64,000 nucleotides of DNA from an uncultured Gammaproteobacteria bacterium (GCA_963729605.1 CAVSNY010000002.1:224001-288000), one strand, 5' to 3'; shown: positions 10,298 through 21,340, counted from the first letter of the stretch. Program-made: numbers and translations. Notes: generated by a model from the letters alone, not told the origin.

Positions 10298-11956
10298 ATG
10301 GCAGGGGATGCGAAGGATATACAGGCGCGGTTGCGCCGGCTGCGTGAACATTACATCGAGGCTTTACCCCACAAATTGCAGATCTTGCGCGATGGCTGGG
10401 CTCGTCTGGACGGCGCCTGGGAAACGCCCAATTTAGAATCACTCATCCGTATCAGTCACAACCTCGCCGGCTCGGCGGCCAGTTTCGATTTCCCCGGTCT
10501 CGGCTCGGCGGCCCATGAACTCGAAGAACAGTTGCGCCGTTTAAACGGCGTACCCGGCACGGCCGCGCAACGGCAGGTAATGCGGGACCATGTCGATGCG
10601 CTGCTCGAAGCGGGACGGGTGGCGAGCAGTCAGGGGCCGGCGGCCGGCGTATCGCTCGTGCAAAGTGAAATCCCCCTGCCGCCGTTGTCCGATGACCGGC
10701 TGGTGTATGTGGTGGACGACGATAGCGACTCCGCCGGGCAGCTGGCCTTGCAATTACGCCGTTACGGCTACGAGGTACGGTTGTTCACCACGCACGGCGG
10801 GGTGGCGCAGGCCCTCGGGGAACAGGCCCCGGTGGCGGTGTTAATGGACATCGTCGCACCCGCCGGAGGATTGGTGGGGATGGACGTGGTCGCGGTGATC
10901 CGGCACGCCCGCGATCAACTCGTGCCGGTGATGTTCCTCAGCTCGCGTAATGACTTGGAGGCGCGTTTGCATGCCGTGCGGATCGGCGGCATGGCCTATT
11001 TCACCAAACCGGTCGAGGTGGGCGGGTTGGTGGATAAACTCGACGCGCTGCGGGAACAGCGTCCCGAAGAGTTTTATCGAGTGATGGTGGTGGACGACTC
11101 GCCGCCGATGGCCGCCTATTACGGCGCGGTATTGCGGGAACAAGGCATGCAAGTGGAAGTGGTGTCGGAACTCGGCGGCATCATCAACCTCATCGATCAA
11201 TTCCGCCCCGATCTTATTCTGCTCGACCCCCTCATGCCCGGCTGCAACGGCCTGGAGCTGGCGGCGGTGATCCGGCAGAAGGAAGATTTCATCAGCACCG
11301 CGATCGTTTATTTGTCGGCCGAGACCGATCTCGATGCCCGGCTGCAGGCCTTGTTCCGCGGCGGCGACGATTTTCTGGTCAAGCCCATCGAGCCGCGCCA
11401 TCTGGTGGCGACGGTGCGCATGCGGGTGCGCCGGGCCCGCCAACTGCGCAGCTTCATGGTGCGCGACGGCCTCACCGGCCTGCTCAATCACACCGCGATC
11501 AAGGAGCAATTGGAGCTGGAATTGGCGCGCAGTCAGCGCGAGAAACACCCCTTGTGTTTCGTGATGATCGATATCGATCACTTCAAACAGGTGAACGACC
11601 GGTACGGCCATGTGATGGGCGACCGGGTCATCAAAAGCCTGTCGCGCCTATTGCGCGATCGCTTGCGGGGTTCCGACGTGGTGGGCCGCTACGGCGGCGA
11701 AGAGGTGGCCGTGGTATTGAAAGGCACCTATGTGCACGACGCCGAACGCTTGATCAACGCGATTCGCGAGGATTTCGCCGCCATCCAGCATCCCGGGGAA
11801 GACGGTGCCTTTACCGTCAGCTTCAGCGGCGGCATCGCCAGTTTTCCCGACTACGCCGGCGCGACCGAGATGAGTGAGGCCGCCGACAAGGCGCTCTACG
11901 CCGCCAAGCGGGCCGGGCGCAACCGCATTATGGTGGCCGTACCCAACCAACTTTAA
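10298..11956 (+). CDS. Hpt-REC-REC-GGDEF response-regulator diguanylate cyclase
   Basis: HNLAGSA Hpt; two receiver domains (VVDDD..LMD..TKP and VVDDS..LLD..VKP); DGLTGL, DIDHFKQVND, RGSD I-site, GRYGGEEV. Confidence 0.9.
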   Translation: MAGDAKDIQARLRRLREHYIEALPHKLQILRDGWARLDGAWETPNLESLIRISHNLAGSAASFDFPGLGSAAHELEEQLRRLNGVPGTAAQRQVMRDHVDALLEAGRVASSQGPAAGVSLVQSEIPLPPLSDDRLVYVVDDDSDSAGQLALQLRRYGYEVRLFTTHGGVAQALGEQAPVAVLMDIVAPAGGLVGMDVVAVIRHARDQLVPVMFLSSRNDLEARLHAVRIGGMAYFTKPVEVGGLVDKLDALREQRPEEFYRVMVVDDSPPMAAYYGAVLREQGMQVEVVSELGGIINLIDQFRPDLILLDPLMPGCNGLELAAVIRQKEDFISTAIVYLSAETDLDARLQALFRGGDDFLVKPIEPRHLVATVRMRVRRARQLRSFMVRDGLTGLLNHTAIKEQLELELARSQREKHPLCFVMIDIDHFKQVNDRYGHVMGDRVIKSLSRLLRDRLRGSDVVGRYGGEEVAVVLKGTYVHDAERLINAIREDFAAIQHPGEDGAFTVSFSGGIASFPDYAGATEMSEAADKALYAAKRAGRNRIMVAVPNQL

Positions 11957-12022
11957 ATCCCCTCGCTTTTTCCTCCCGCCGCGAGCGTGTAAGATTAAAC
12001 CCTTTGGCGGGGGAGTGCGGCT

Positions 12023-12568
12023 TTGGAACAGTTTCGAGGTACGACCATTTTGGCGGTGCGGCGCGGCGCGCGGGTGGTGATCGGCGGCGACGGCCAGGTG
12101 TCGTTGGGCAATACCGTGATGAAGGGCAACGCCCGCAAGGTCCGCCGCCTGTACGGCGAGCGGGTCATCGCCGGTTTCGCGGGCGGCACCGCCGACGCCT
12201 TCACCCTGTTCGAACGCTTCGAGGGCAAACTGGAGAAACACTCCGGCAACCTGGTGCGCTCGGCGGTGGAGCTGGCCAAGGACTGGCGCACCGACCGCAT
12301 ACTGCGCCGCCTCGAGGCCATGCTGATCGTGGCGGACAAGCAGAGTTCGCTGTTGATCTCCGGCAACGGCGACGTCGTCGAACCCGAGCACGACCTGGCC
12401 GCCATCGGCTCCGGCGGCCCTTATGCCCAGGCGGCGGCGCGGGCCTTGATGCTGCACACCGAGCTGGACGCGCGCGCCATCGTCGAAAAGGCCTTGTCCA
12501 TCGCCGCCGACATTTGCGTGTACACCAATCACAATCTGACCATCGAGGAGTTGGACGCGGTACAGTGA
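12023..12568 (+). CDS. hslV: ATP-dependent protease peptidase subunit
   Basis: GTTILAVRR; GDGQVSLG; [14 protein letters not shown]; AIGSGG; CVYTN. Confidence 0.97.
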   Translation: MEQFRGTTILAVRRGARVVIGGDGQVSLGNTVMKGNARKVRRLYGERVIAGFAGGTADAFTLFERFEGKLEKHSGNLVRSAVELAKDWRTDRILRRLEAMLIVADKQSSLLISGNGDVVEPEHDLAAIGSGGPYAQAAARALMLHTELDARAIVEKALSIAADICVYTNHNLTIEELDAVQ

Positions 12569-12617
12569 AGTCCGCGCCAAGTCCCGATTTATCACCAATG
12601 ACTACCGAGTAGCCGTG

Positions 12618-13949
12618 ATGTCTTACATGACGCCCAGAGAAATCGTTCAGGAACTCGACAAACACATCGTCGGCCAGGCCGACGCCAAACGCGCGGTGGC
12701 GATCGCCCTGCGCAATCGCTGGCGCCGTTCGCAGGTCAGCGACGCGCTGCGCAACGAGATCACCCCCAAAAATATCCTGATGATCGGTCCCACCGGGGTC
12801 GGCAAGACCGAGATCGCGCGGCGGCTGGCCAAACTCGCCAACGCCCCCTTCATCAAGGTCGAGGCCACCAAGTTCACCGAGGTGGGTTATGTGGGCCGCG
12901 ACGTGGAATCCATCGTCCGCGACCTGGTGGAGGTCGCCATCAAGATGACCCGCGAGGAGGAGCTGGGCAAGGTCCGCCACCGGGCCGAGGACGCGGCGGA
13001 GGAGCGGGTGCTCGAGGCCTTGTTGCCGCGGGCGCGCACCGGTTTCGGCGCCAATCCCGACACCGCCGAAGAGAGCACCACCCGGCAGATTTTCCGCAAG
13101 AAGCTGCGCCAGGGCGAGCTGGACGACAAAGAGATCGAAATAGAAGTGAACGCCGCGCCGATCGGGGTCGAGATCATGGCGCCGCCCGGCATGGAAGAGA
13201 TGTCCGGTCAATTGCAGAGCCTGTTTCAAAACATGGGCGGCACCCGCACCCGCCGCCGCCGTTTGCGGGTGAAGGACGCGCTCAAGCTGCTCAACGATGA
13301 AGAGGCGGGCAAGCTGGTCAACGAAGACGATTTGAAGACCCGCGCCCTGCAAAACGTCGAACAGAACGGCATCGTGTTTCTCGACGAGATCGACAAGATC
13401 GCCAAGCGCGGCGAACATAGCGGTCCCGATGTCTCCCGCGAGGGCGTGCAGCGCGATTTATTGCCGCTGGTGGAGGGCAGCACCGTCACCACCAAACACG
13501 GCATGGTCCGCACCGATCACGTCCTGTTCATCGCCTCCGGCGCCTTTCACCTCGCCAAGCCTTCGGACCTGATTCCCGAATTGCAGGGCCGTCTGCCGAT
13601 CCGCGTCGAGTTGAGCGCGCTCACCGTGGAGGATTTCGTGCGCATCCTCACCGAGCCCGACGCCTCGCTCACCGAGCAATACATCGCGCTGCTCGCCACC
13701 GAGGGGTTGACGGTGCAATTCGCCGCGGACGGCATTCGCCGCCTCGCCGAGATCGCCTGGTCGGTGAACGAGCGCACCGAAAACATCGGCGCCCGCCGTT
13801 TGCACACGGTGATGGAACGTTTATTGGAAACGGTTTCGTTCGACGCCTCCGATCGCCAAGGTCAGACGCTGGTCATCGACGGCGCGTATGTGGACGCGCA
13901 GCTCGGCCAGTTGGCGGGCGACGAAGACATGAGCCGGTATATTTTGTAA
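12618..13949 (+). CDS. hslU: ATP-dependent protease ATPase subunit
   Basis: [11 protein letters not shown]; [13 protein letters not shown]; DEIDKI; [13 protein letters not shown]; C-terminal SRYIL. Confidence 0.97.
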   Translation: MSYMTPREIVQELDKHIVGQADAKRAVAIALRNRWRRSQVSDALRNEITPKNILMIGPTGVGKTEIARRLAKLANAPFIKVEATKFTEVGYVGRDVESIVRDLVEVAIKMTREEELGKVRHRAEDAAEERVLEALLPRARTGFGANPDTAEESTTRQIFRKKLRQGELDDKEIEIEVNAAPIGVEIMAPPGMEEMSGQLQSLFQNMGGTRTRRRRLRVKDALKLLNDEEAGKLVNEDDLKTRALQNVEQNGIVFLDEIDKIAKRGEHSGPDVSREGVQRDLLPLVEGSTVTTKHGMVRTDHVLFIASGAFHLAKPSDLIPELQGRLPIRVELSALTVEDFVRILTEPDASLTEQYIALLATEGLTVQFAADGIRRLAEIAWSVNERTENIGARRLHTVMERLLETVSFDASDRQGQTLVIDGAYVDAQLGQLAGDEDMSRYIL

Positions 13950-13970
13950 AAGGGGAGGTCCTGGCGCTGA

Positions 13971-14138
13971 ATGTTTTCTGAAAAATCGCTTGGCAGCCAA
14001 GGCCCCAGAAAAACTTTTCTATGACGGGACATTCTCGGCGCCTTGGCGTTCAACCTGGATCAACCAGTAGTTATTAATTCATCGGGAATGAACGCCGACA
14101 TACAGCGGCGCGATGATGGCCCGTTTTTTCAGTAACCG
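13971..14138. mobile_element. Degenerate MITE-like intergenic element
   Basis: Imperfect inverted ends GTTTTCTGAAAAA ... TTTTTCAGTAACC; internal CAAGGCC shared with the element at 25171-25333. Confidence 0.4.
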
Positions 14139-14146
14139 AGAGACTC

Positions 14147-14518
14147 ATGTCAGCCGACACGCCGCGCCCCACCGACATCCGCCTGCACCGCGTCAGCCGC
14201 ATCCTGGAGCTTCGCTTCGACGACGGCGCGCATTACAAATTGCCCTGCGAATATCTGCGCGTCTATTCGCCCTCCGCCGAGGTGCGCGGCCACGGCCCCG
14301 GTCAGGAGGTGTTGCAGGTGGGTAAAGAGAATGTCAACATCACCGCCATCGAGCCGGTCGGTCATTACGCGGTCAAGATTTATTTCGACGACGGTCATAA
14401 CACCGGCCTCTATACTTGGGACCTGCTCCACAATCTCGGCGCCCATCAGCCGGCCTTGTGGCAGAACTATCTGGACGCCCTGGCCAAGGCGGGCCATCAA
14501 CGTATTCCACCGGTTTAA
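14147..14518 (+). CDS. DUF971 (gamma-butyrobetaine hydroxylase N-terminal-like) protein
   Basis: [19 protein letters not shown]; [23 protein letters not shown]; usual hslU-DUF971-ubiE position. Confidence 0.9.
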   Translation: MSADTPRPTDIRLHRVSRILELRFDDGAHYKLPCEYLRVYSPSAEVRGHGPGQEVLQVGKENVNITAIEPVGHYAVKIYFDDGHNTGLYTWDLLHNLGAHQPALWQNYLDALAKAGHQRIPPV

Positions 14519-14532
14519 ACGGCGCACACACC

Positions 14533-15285
14533 ATGACTGAACGCGATTCGTCCAGCTCCACCCACTTCGGTTACCGGCAAGTGGCCGCCGAGGACAAGGC
14601 GCGCCTGGTGGCGGGCGTCTTCGATTCGGTGGCGAACAAATACGATTTGATGAACGACCTGATGTCGCTGGGCGTGCATCGTTTGTGGAAGCGTTTCACC
14701 ATCGAGCTCAGCGGCGTCGCCGTCGGGCAGCGGGTGCTGGACGTGGCCTCGGGCACCGGCGACCTCGCCGCCGCCTTCGCCGCGCGGGTCGGCGGCGACG
14801 GGCGGGTGATCTCCACCGACATCAACAACGCCATGCTCGATCGCGGCCGCGATGCCTTGATCGAACGCGGCATCGTCGGCAATGTCGATTACGCCCAGGC
14901 CAACGCCGAACGCCTGCCCTTCGTTGATAACGCCTTCGACTGCGTGAGCATCGCCTTCGGTCTGCGCAACGTCACCGATATTCCCGCCGCCCTGGCCTCG
15001 ATGCACCGCGTGCTGAAACCCGGCGGCCGTTTGCTGGTGCTGGAATTCTCCAAACCGGCGGCGCCGATCCGGCCGCTGTACGATGCTTATTCAAAGATAT
15101 TGCCGTGGCTGGGCAAGGCGGTGACCGGCGACGCAGACAGTTACCGTTATCTGGTGGAATCGATTCGCATGCACCCCGGCCAGGACGCGCTCAAGCACAT
15201 GATGCTGGAGGCGGGCTTTGCTCATTGTGATTATTACAACTTGAGCGGCGGCATCGTCGCCCTGCACCGGGGCTACAAATTGTGA
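14533..15285 (+). CDS. ubiE: Ubiquinone/menaquinone C-methyltransferase
   Basis: THFGY; [25 protein letters not shown]; LDVASGTGD; AFGLRNVTD; [12 protein letters not shown]. Confidence 0.97.
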   Translation: MTERDSSSSTHFGYRQVAAEDKARLVAGVFDSVANKYDLMNDLMSLGVHRLWKRFTIELSGVAVGQRVLDVASGTGDLAAAFAARVGGDGRVISTDINNAMLDRGRDALIERGIVGNVDYAQANAERLPFVDNAFDCVSIAFGLRNVTDIPAALASMHRVLKPGGRLLVLEFSKPAAPIRPLYDAYSKILPWLGKAVTGDADSYRYLVESIRMHPGQDALKHMMLEAGFAHCDYYNLSGGIVALHRGYKL

Positions 15286-15776
15286 GCTTCGGCGAGTCCG
15301 TCCAGTACGCCGGTTTCTGGCGCCGCCTGGCCGCCTCGCTGATCGACAGCTTGATATTCGGTTTGATCATGGGCCTGATGTGGCTGCTGCTGGGCTGGGG
15401 CGGTGCGCCGCAAAACGATTTGGCGCCCGGTCCGCAAGGCTACGACGGCGTCACTTTGCTGCGCAGCCTGGCGCAGAATCTTTTCTTCGCGCTGGTGACG
15501 GTGTTTTTCTGGCTGAAATTTCTCGGTACGCCCGGCAAGCTGCTGCTGGGTTGCCAAGTGGTGGACGCGCGCGACGGCGGGTCCTTGCGCACCGGCCAGG
15601 CCTTGTTGCGTTACTTCGCTTACTTCGTGTCGATCCTGCCGCTCGGTCTGGGTTTTTTATGGATCGCCTGGGACAAACGCAAGCAGGGGTTTCACGACAA
15701 GATCGCCAAGACCGTGGTGGTGCTGGAAGACATCGCGCGCGCGCCGTTGCCGGATTTTGAAAGGGACTGGAAGTGA
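15282..15776 (+). CDS. RDD family membrane protein
   Basis: [14 protein letters not shown]; TPGKLLLG; [14 protein letters not shown]. Confidence 0.9.
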   Translation: MSFGESVQYAGFWRRLAASLIDSLIFGLIMGLMWLLLGWGGAPQNDLAPGPQGYDGVTLLRSLAQNLFFALVTVFFWLKFLGTPGKLLLGCQVVDARDGGSLRTGQALLRYFAYFVSILPLGLGFLWIAWDKRKQGFHDKIAKTVVVLEDIARAPLPDFERDWK

Positions 15777-16402
15777 TGTTGCCGACTTTGGTGCTGGCCG
15801 GCTTGGAGAGCGCCGTCAACCGTTATCTCGCGCTCGACCCCGCCGCGCTGGCGCGCCTCGCGCCGCTTAGCGGCAAGGTCGTCGCCCTGGAATTGCGCGG
15901 CGTCAATCTGACCTTTTACATGACGCCCCATGCCGGCGGTCTGCATCTGCTGGGCGACTACGCCGGCACGCCGGACACGGTGATCCGCGGCGCGCCTTTC
16001 AGCCTGGCGCGGCTGGGCGCGGCGCGCGGCGAACGCGGCGCGGTATTCAAGGGCGACGTGGAGATCCGCGGCGATGTGGAATTGGGGCAGCGTTTCGAAG
16101 CGGCGCTGCGCGACATCGACATCGATTGGGAGGAACAACTCTCGCGGTTGGTCGGCGATGTGGCGGCCCATCAAGTGGGCGTGGCGGTGCGCGGCTTGCG
16201 CGAATGGGGCGCCCGGGGCATGGATCATCTCGGCCGCGACGGCGCCGATTATTTGCAGGAAGAAAGCGATCACCTGCCGCGCCGCGAGGAAGTGGACGCC
16301 TGGCTGGCGGCGATCGACCATCTGCGCAGCGACGCCGACCGCCTGGCGGCGCGGGTGAAACGTCTCGCCGCCGCGCGAGCACAATCCGAGAAATCCGAAT
16401 GA
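15773..16402 (+). CDS. ubiJ: Ubiquinone biosynthesis accessory factor (SCP2 domain)
   Basis: [13 protein letters not shown]; GDVEL; [18 protein letters not shown]; DYLQEE; position before ubiB. Confidence 0.92.
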   Translation: MMLPTLVLAGLESAVNRYLALDPAALARLAPLSGKVVALELRGVNLTFYMTPHAGGLHLLGDYAGTPDTVIRGAPFSLARLGAARGERGAVFKGDVEIRGDVELGQRFEAALRDIDIDWEEQLSRLVGDVAAHQVGVAVRGLREWGARGMDHLGRDGADYLQEESDHLPRREEVDAWLAAIDHLRSDADRLAARVKRLAAARAQSEKSE

Positions 16403-16433
16403 CGGTCACCGTAACGGCGGCGGAATTTTTGTC

Positions 16434-18101
16434 ATGCTGATGTTTCAACCGCGCCAGCTGCTGCGCCTGCTGCACATCAACCGGGTGTTGATGCGCCACG
16501 GCCTCGACGATATCGTGCTCGCCACCCATCTGTTCCGGCCGGTGCGCTTCATCCGCTATTTTCTGCCCTGGTATTGGGTGCCCCGCGAATTGCCGCCGCG
16601 CGGCATGCGGATCCGCCTGGCCCTGGAAGAGCTGGGCCCGATCTTCGTCAAGTTCGGGCAGATGCTCTCCACCCGCCGCGATCTGATCCCCGACGACATC
16701 GCCGTCGAACTCACCAAGTTGCAGGATCGAGTGCCGCCGTTTCCCGGCGCCGAGTCGCGCGCCATCATCGAAAGCGCCCTGGGCCAATCGGTCGACGAAC
16801 TGTTTGCCCACTTCGAAGAGACGCCGCACGCCTCGGCCTCCATCGCCCAGGTGCATCTGGCGCGCCTGCACGACGGCCGCGAGGTGGTGGTGAAGGTGGT
16901 GAGGCCGCATATCCTGGAGGTGATCGCCCGCGACATCGGCCTGCTGTATGTGGTGGCCGGTCTCGCCGAACACTACTGGAGCGAGGGCCGGCGCCTGCGG
17001 CCGCGCGAAGTGGTGCGCGAATACGAAAAGACCATCCTCGACGAACTCGACCTGCTGCGCGAGGCGGCCAACGCCTCGCAGCTGCGCCGCAATTTTCAGG
17101 GATCCACGCTGCTCTACGTGCCCGAGGTGTATTGGCCTTACAGCCGCCGCCAGGTGATGGTGATGGAGCGCATTCGCGGCATACCCATCGGCGACATCGC
17201 CGCGCTGAAACAACACGGCATCGACCTCAAGCAACTTTCCGAACGCGGCGTGGAAATCTTTTTCACGCAGGTATTCCGCCACAGTTTTTTTCACGCCGAC
17301 ATGCACCCCGGCAATATCTTCGTCTCGCCGCAGGGGCAATACATCGCCGTGGATTTCGGCATCATGGGCACCTTGAATCCGGTGGACCAGCGTTATCTCG
17401 CCGAGAATTTCCTGGCCTTCTTCCGCCGCGATTACCGGCGGGTGGCCGAGCTGCACGTCTTGTCGGGCTGGGTGCCGGAGGGCACGCGGGTCGATGAATT
17501 CGAGTCGGCGATCCGCACCGTCTGCGAACCGATCTTCGAGCGGCCGCTCAAGGAGATTTCCTTCGGCCAATTGCTGCTGCGCTTATTCCAGACCGCGCGG
17601 CGTTTCAACATGGAAGTGCAGCCGCAATTGGTGCTGCTGCAAAAGACCTTGCTGCATGTTGAAGGTCTGGGCCGCGAACTTTATCCCGATCTCGATCTGT
17701 GGCAGACCGCCAAGCCGTTTCTCGAACGCTGGATGAACGAACAAGTCGGCGTGCGCGCCTTGCTGCGCGGTTTGAAGGACAACATCCCGCGCTGGGCGGA
17801 GCGCCTGCCGGAAATTCCCGCCTTGTTGCACGGCGTATTGCAACGCGCGGAAAACGGCCAGTTCAAAGTGACCAGTGATAATCCCGAATTGCGCGAAATG
17901 CACCGCAGTTTGCGGCAAGGCCAGCAGCGTTTGTACGTCGCCATCGTCGGCGCCGCCTTGGTGGTCGCGGCGGCGGTGGTGCTGGGCTTGGACGGCTACG
18001 CCCCGTTGATGGTGGGCGATGCTCCGCTGTTCACTTGGGTGCTGGGCGGCCTGGGCGGCTTGTTGCTGCTGCTGGCGTGGCCGTCGGGCGGACGGGATTG
18101 A
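16434..18101 (+). CDS. ubiB: Ubiquinone biosynthesis protein kinase-like protein
   Basis: [17 protein letters not shown]; SASIAQVH; [10 protein letters not shown]; VDFGIMG; [12 protein letters not shown]. Confidence 0.97.
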   Translation: MLMFQPRQLLRLLHINRVLMRHGLDDIVLATHLFRPVRFIRYFLPWYWVPRELPPRGMRIRLALEELGPIFVKFGQMLSTRRDLIPDDIAVELTKLQDRVPPFPGAESRAIIESALGQSVDELFAHFEETPHASASIAQVHLARLHDGREVVVKVVRPHILEVIARDIGLLYVVAGLAEHYWSEGRRLRPREVVREYEKTILDELDLLREAANASQLRRNFQGSTLLYVPEVYWPYSRRQVMVMERIRGIPIGDIAALKQHGIDLKQLSERGVEIFFTQVFRHSFFHADMHPGNIFVSPQGQYIAVDFGIMGTLNPVDQRYLAENFLAFFRRDYRRVAELHVLSGWVPEGTRVDEFESAIRTVCEPIFERPLKEISFGQLLLRLFQTARRFNMEVQPQLVLLQKTLLHVEGLGRELYPDLDLWQTAKPFLERWMNEQVGVRALLRGLKDNIPRWAERLPEIPALLHGVLQRAENGQFKVTSDNPELREMHRSLRQGQQRLYVAIVGAALVVAAAVVLGLDGYAPLMVGDAPLFTWVLGGLGGLLLLLAWPSGGRD

Positions 18102-18183
18102 TGGTGCGAGCCGCGATGAACGGCTGCTTTGGTCGGCGTTAAATATGCGCCGATCCGTTTTTTCGTGTGGCTTGATGGGGTTC

Positions 18184-18218
18184 CCCGGGTTTCGCATAAG
18201 GCGCTCAACCCAGACTAC
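18184..18218 (-). repeat. GTAG-type REP hairpin
   Basis: Minus strand reads GTAGTCTGGGTTGAGCGCCTTATGCGAAACCCGGG: 5' GTAG tetranucleotide plus an imperfect palindrome. Confidence 0.7.
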
Positions 18219-18240
18219 ATTGCTTACCTAATTAAAAGCA

Positions 18241-19173
18241 TCACCCGCCAACCTTGTTGTACGCCAACTCAATAAATGGCTTAACTTGCTCAAACTCGCC
18301 GTCAGAGCATAGGGTGAATTCTGTATCTCCTGTTCCATAGTGACCAATTTCCGTAACATCACGATAAAATTTCGGCGGTGATTCGATATCTGCGGCACCT
18401 AGTTTCAAAAAGAGTTTGATACCTCGGCTTTGTGGCTCCATACAGACAATATTCTGCGAAATCTTGTAGGCGATGTAGAATTTCTTGGGCGCTTCCTCAA
18501 TGGCCGGATCGAGGCTCACGATGAATTCGCGGATGCTATGCATGAGCGCCTGAATGAAATTCGGCTTTCCCTCCAGATGTTCTTCAAACGTGTAGGTTGC
18601 CGTGGCGCGTACCTGCGCGGCCTTTTTGCCGGCCTCCACCATGATCGGGTTTTTCCCATTTCCCTGGACAGTAGTGGGTACCTTGGTTGCCTGAAACACC
18701 TCTTCAAGGTAAAGCGAGCCGTTTTTGAACAGTCGATACTTCCATAGCTCAATATTTGCCCCCATCACTTGAACAGCATGCAGGTCATATTTCTTATAGT
18801 TCGGCGCGATACAGATGACCCTCACATCGAGCCAGTCCACTTTGGCGCCATTTCCTAGTGCCCGTTGGACGGCAATCTCGAAATCTCCTTTGTGATCCTG
18901 AATCCAGTGCAGGTAGAAGAGGCTTTGATTGATTAACTCGGAAGACTCTACCTTCTTGTATTCAATAATAACCGGGTTATTGTCCTCCGATAACGCCAGG
19001 CTATCTATGCGCCCGGCATGCAAGGCGTCAGTAGAGAATTCTGAGGCTACCAAACGGCAATTGAAGACGGTCGCGAGGTTCTTTTCGATCAGTTTCTGCA
19101 ACTCCTTCTCGATCGAGAAATTCGTCTGTTCAACCGGCACCAAGCTGTTCCCGGACATCTCAAATAGTGGCAT
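18241..19173 (-). CDS. NucS/DUF91-like PD-(D/E)xK endonuclease fused to a DUF5655 domain
   Basis: Start MPLFEMSG; EKELQKLIE; GRIDSLAL...IIEYKK...NQSLFY nuclease motif; C-terminal RDVTEIGHYGTGDTE; visibly AT-richer than neighbours. Confidence 0.8.
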   Translation of the reverse strand: MPLFEMSGNSLVPVEQTNFSIEKELQKLIEKNLATVFNCRLVASEFSTDALHAGRIDSLALSEDNNPVIIEYKKVESSELINQSLFYLHWIQDHKGDFEIAVQRALGNGAKVDWLDVRVICIAPNYKKYDLHAVQVMGANIELWKYRLFKNGSLYLEEVFQATKVPTTVQGNGKNPIMVEAGKKAAQVRATATYTFEEHLEGKPNFIQALMHSIREFIVSLDPAIEEAPKKFYIAYKISQNIVCMEPQSRGIKLFLKLGAADIESPPKFYRDVTEIGHYGTGDTEFTLCSDGEFEQVKPFIELAYNKVGG

Positions 19174-19220
19174 CTTGTTCGATCCCCCGTAACGCGCGTA
19201 AGGCGTAATCAGTAAAATAA

Positions 19221-19347
19221 ATGTAGGGTGGGTTAGGCCGAAGGCCGTAATCCACCAAGCGTCGCGCAGCGACTCATCAATCAATCATCATAAGGAGCGC
19301 CTGGTGGCGCGGGTTGGTGGGTTACGCTGCGCTAACCCACCCTACAT
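19221..19347. repeat. Inverted GTAG-REP doublet (REPIN/BIME-like)
   Basis: ATGTAGGGTGGGTTAG.. (19221-19256) and ..CTAACCCACCCTACAT (19316-19347) are inverted copies; each is also internally palindromic. Confidence 0.85.
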
Positions 19348-19367
19348 TGATATCGACCGCGCGTTCC

Positions 19368-20261
19368 TTAACACGCCCGCAGCCCCTGTTCCAAGGTCGG
19401 ATAACGCAGGCGCACGCCGAGTTCGCGCAGCATCTTGCGGTTGTCCATGCGCCGCGATTCTTCGAGGTAGGACATCATCTCCGCGCTGAGTCGGGCCTTG
19501 GCCTCGGCCAGGCCGATTTGCGGCGGACGTGGCAGGCCGTGCAGGTCGGCGACGCGGTTGAAATAGTCGGTCATGGTGCTGGGGTGACCATCACTGACGT
19601 TGTAAATGCCGTGGCCGCGAAACGCCGCCGCCACGCAGATGCTCGCCAAATCGTCGGCGTGGATGCGATTGGTGTAGCCGCACTCGGCCGCGTTCAAGAT
19701 CGGCGTGCCTTGCCGGATGCGTTCCACCGGCAAACGGCCGGGGCCGTAGATGCCGCCGACCCGCAGGATGACCACCGGCGCACCGGTGCTCGCTTCCCAC
19801 TCGTGCAGAGCGGTCTCGGCGTCGAGGCGGCGGCGGGCGCGGTCCGTGCCGGGACGGGCGGGGGTCTGTTCCGTGACCCACTCGCCTCGGCAATCGCCGT
19901 ACACGCCGCTGGTGCTGATGTAGACCAGCTTGGCCGGCAGCGCGCCGGGGGCGATATGCTGCAAGAAACCGCGCAGCCGCGGATCGCTGTCGCCCTGCGC
20001 CGGCGGGGGCGCGAAGTAGAACAGCACGCCGCCGCCGGTGGGCAGCGGCGGCAGGGCGGCGGTCTGGTCCAAATCGCCCACATCGGCGATGATGCCGCGC
20101 GCGGTGAGCTGTTGCGCCGTCGCGGGATTGCGGGTGAGGGCGTGCACCGCGGCGCCGCGCGCCTGGCAGAGGGCGGCGACCCGCCGGCCGATGTCGCCGC
20201 AACCGATGATGAAAAAGGTGTTCAGGGTGTTGCTCCCGCTGGAAATGGGCCAAAATGTCAC
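19368..20261 (-). CDS. SDR/NAD-dependent epimerase-dehydratase family protein (YeeZ-like)
   Basis: IIGCGDIG Rossmann motif; YISTSGVYGD; LRVGGIYGPGR; NRIHADDL. Start uncertain. Confidence 0.88.
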   Translation of the reverse strand: MTFWPISSGSNTLNTFFIIGCGDIGRRVAALCQARGAAVHALTRNPATAQQLTARGIIADVGDLDQTAALPPLPTGGGVLFYFAPPPAQGDSDPRLRGFLQHIAPGALPAKLVYISTSGVYGDCRGEWVTEQTPARPGTDRARRRLDAETALHEWEASTGAPVVILRVGGIYGPGRLPVERIRQGTPILNAAECGYTNRIHADDLASICVAAAFRGHGIYNVSDGHPSTMTDYFNRVADLHGLPRPPQIGLAEAKARLSAEMMSYLEESRRMDNRKMLRELGVRLRYPTLEQGLRAC

Positions 20262-20290
20262 GCTATGCCAAAGAGTATTAAGGAATCGTC

Positions 20291-21340
20291 ATGACATGCA
20301 ACGTCCGCGTGTTGACCAGCGGCCATGAATTCACCGTCGAGAGTGGTGAAAACGTGCTGGACGCCGCCCTCCGCCAGGGCCTGTCGCTGCCCTACAGTTG
20401 CCGCGGCGGCAGTTGCGGCAGCTGCAAGGGCAAACTGGTGAGCGGGGAGGTGGATTATCCGCGCGGCGCGCCCGCGGCCTTGAGCGCGGTGGAGCAGGCC
20501 ACCGGCATGGCGCTGTTTTGCCAGGCCCGGCCGCGCGGCGATCTGGTCATCGAGGTGCGCGAACCGCGCGCCGCCGCCGACATGCCGGTGAAGAAACTGC
20601 CGGCGCGCATCGCCAAAAAAGAATTCCTCGCCCCCGACGTGGTGCGCCTCTATCTCAAGCTGCCCGCCGCCGAGCGCCTGCAATTTCTCGCCGGACAATA
20701 TGTGGACTTCGTCTTGCCCGACGGCCGCCATCGCAGTTTTTCACTGGCCAACGCGCCGCACGACGACGCCTTTTTGGAACTGCATCTGCGCCATGTCGAG
20801 AAGGGCGAATTCACCGAACAGGTTTTCGAGCGCATGAAGGAAAAAGACATGGTGCGCATCGAAGGACCCTACGGTGATTTTTATCTGCGCGAGGACTCGC
20901 CGCGGCCGCTGATCTTCGTCGCGGGCGGCACCGGTTTCGCGCCGATCAAAGGGATCATCGAACACGCCTTCGCCGCCGCCGTGACCCGGCCGATGGCTTT
21001 GTATTGGGGCGCGCGGGCGCCGGTGGATTTATATCTGGACGGCCTGCCGCGGCAGTGGGCGGAGACCCACGGCCATTTCACTTACACGCCGGTGTTGTCG
21101 TCGCCCGCCGCCGCGGATCATTGGCAAGGCCGCGGCGGTTATGTGCATGAGGCGGTGGCCGGCGATCATGCCGACTTGAGCGGTTTCGATGTCTACGCGG
21201 CGGGTCCGCCCGCGATGGTCCGCGCGGCGCGCGACGCCTTTCTCGCCCGTGGCCTCCCCGCGGCGCAATTTTTCTCGGACCCTTTCGAATTCGCGCCGGA
21301 CACCTTGGCCAAGCAGCAAGCGCAGGCCCAGCAGCAGTGA
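20291..21340 (+). CDS. 2Fe-2S ferredoxin-NAD(P)H flavin reductase (CDP-6-deoxy-delta-3,4-glucoseen reductase family)
   Basis: PYSCRGGSCGSC...LFCQA 2Fe-2S motif; FLAGQY; RSFSLAN; AGGTGFAP; YAAGPP. Confidence 0.9.
   Translation: MTCNVRVLTSGHEFTVESGENVLDAALRQGLSLPYSCRGGSCGSCKGKLVSGEVDYPRGAPAALSAVEQATGMALFCQARPRGDLVIEVREPRAAADMPVKKLPARIAKKEFLAPDVVRLYLKLPAAERLQFLAGQYVDFVLPDGRHRSFSLANAPHDDAFLELHLRHVEKGEFTEQVFERMKEKDMVRIEGPYGDFYLREDSPRPLIFVAGGTGFAPIKGIIEHAFAAAVTRPMALYWGARAPVDLYLDGLPRQWAETHGHFTYTPVLSSPAAADHWQGRGGYVHEAVAGDHADLSGFDVYAAGPPAMVRAARDAFLARGLPAAQFFSDPFEFAPDTLAKQQAQAQQQ

Noticed and set aside
18221-19200. Integron cassette interpretation of the nuclease gene
   Set aside because: No RYYYAAC/GTTRRRY attC pair; flanks fit GTAG-REPs better.
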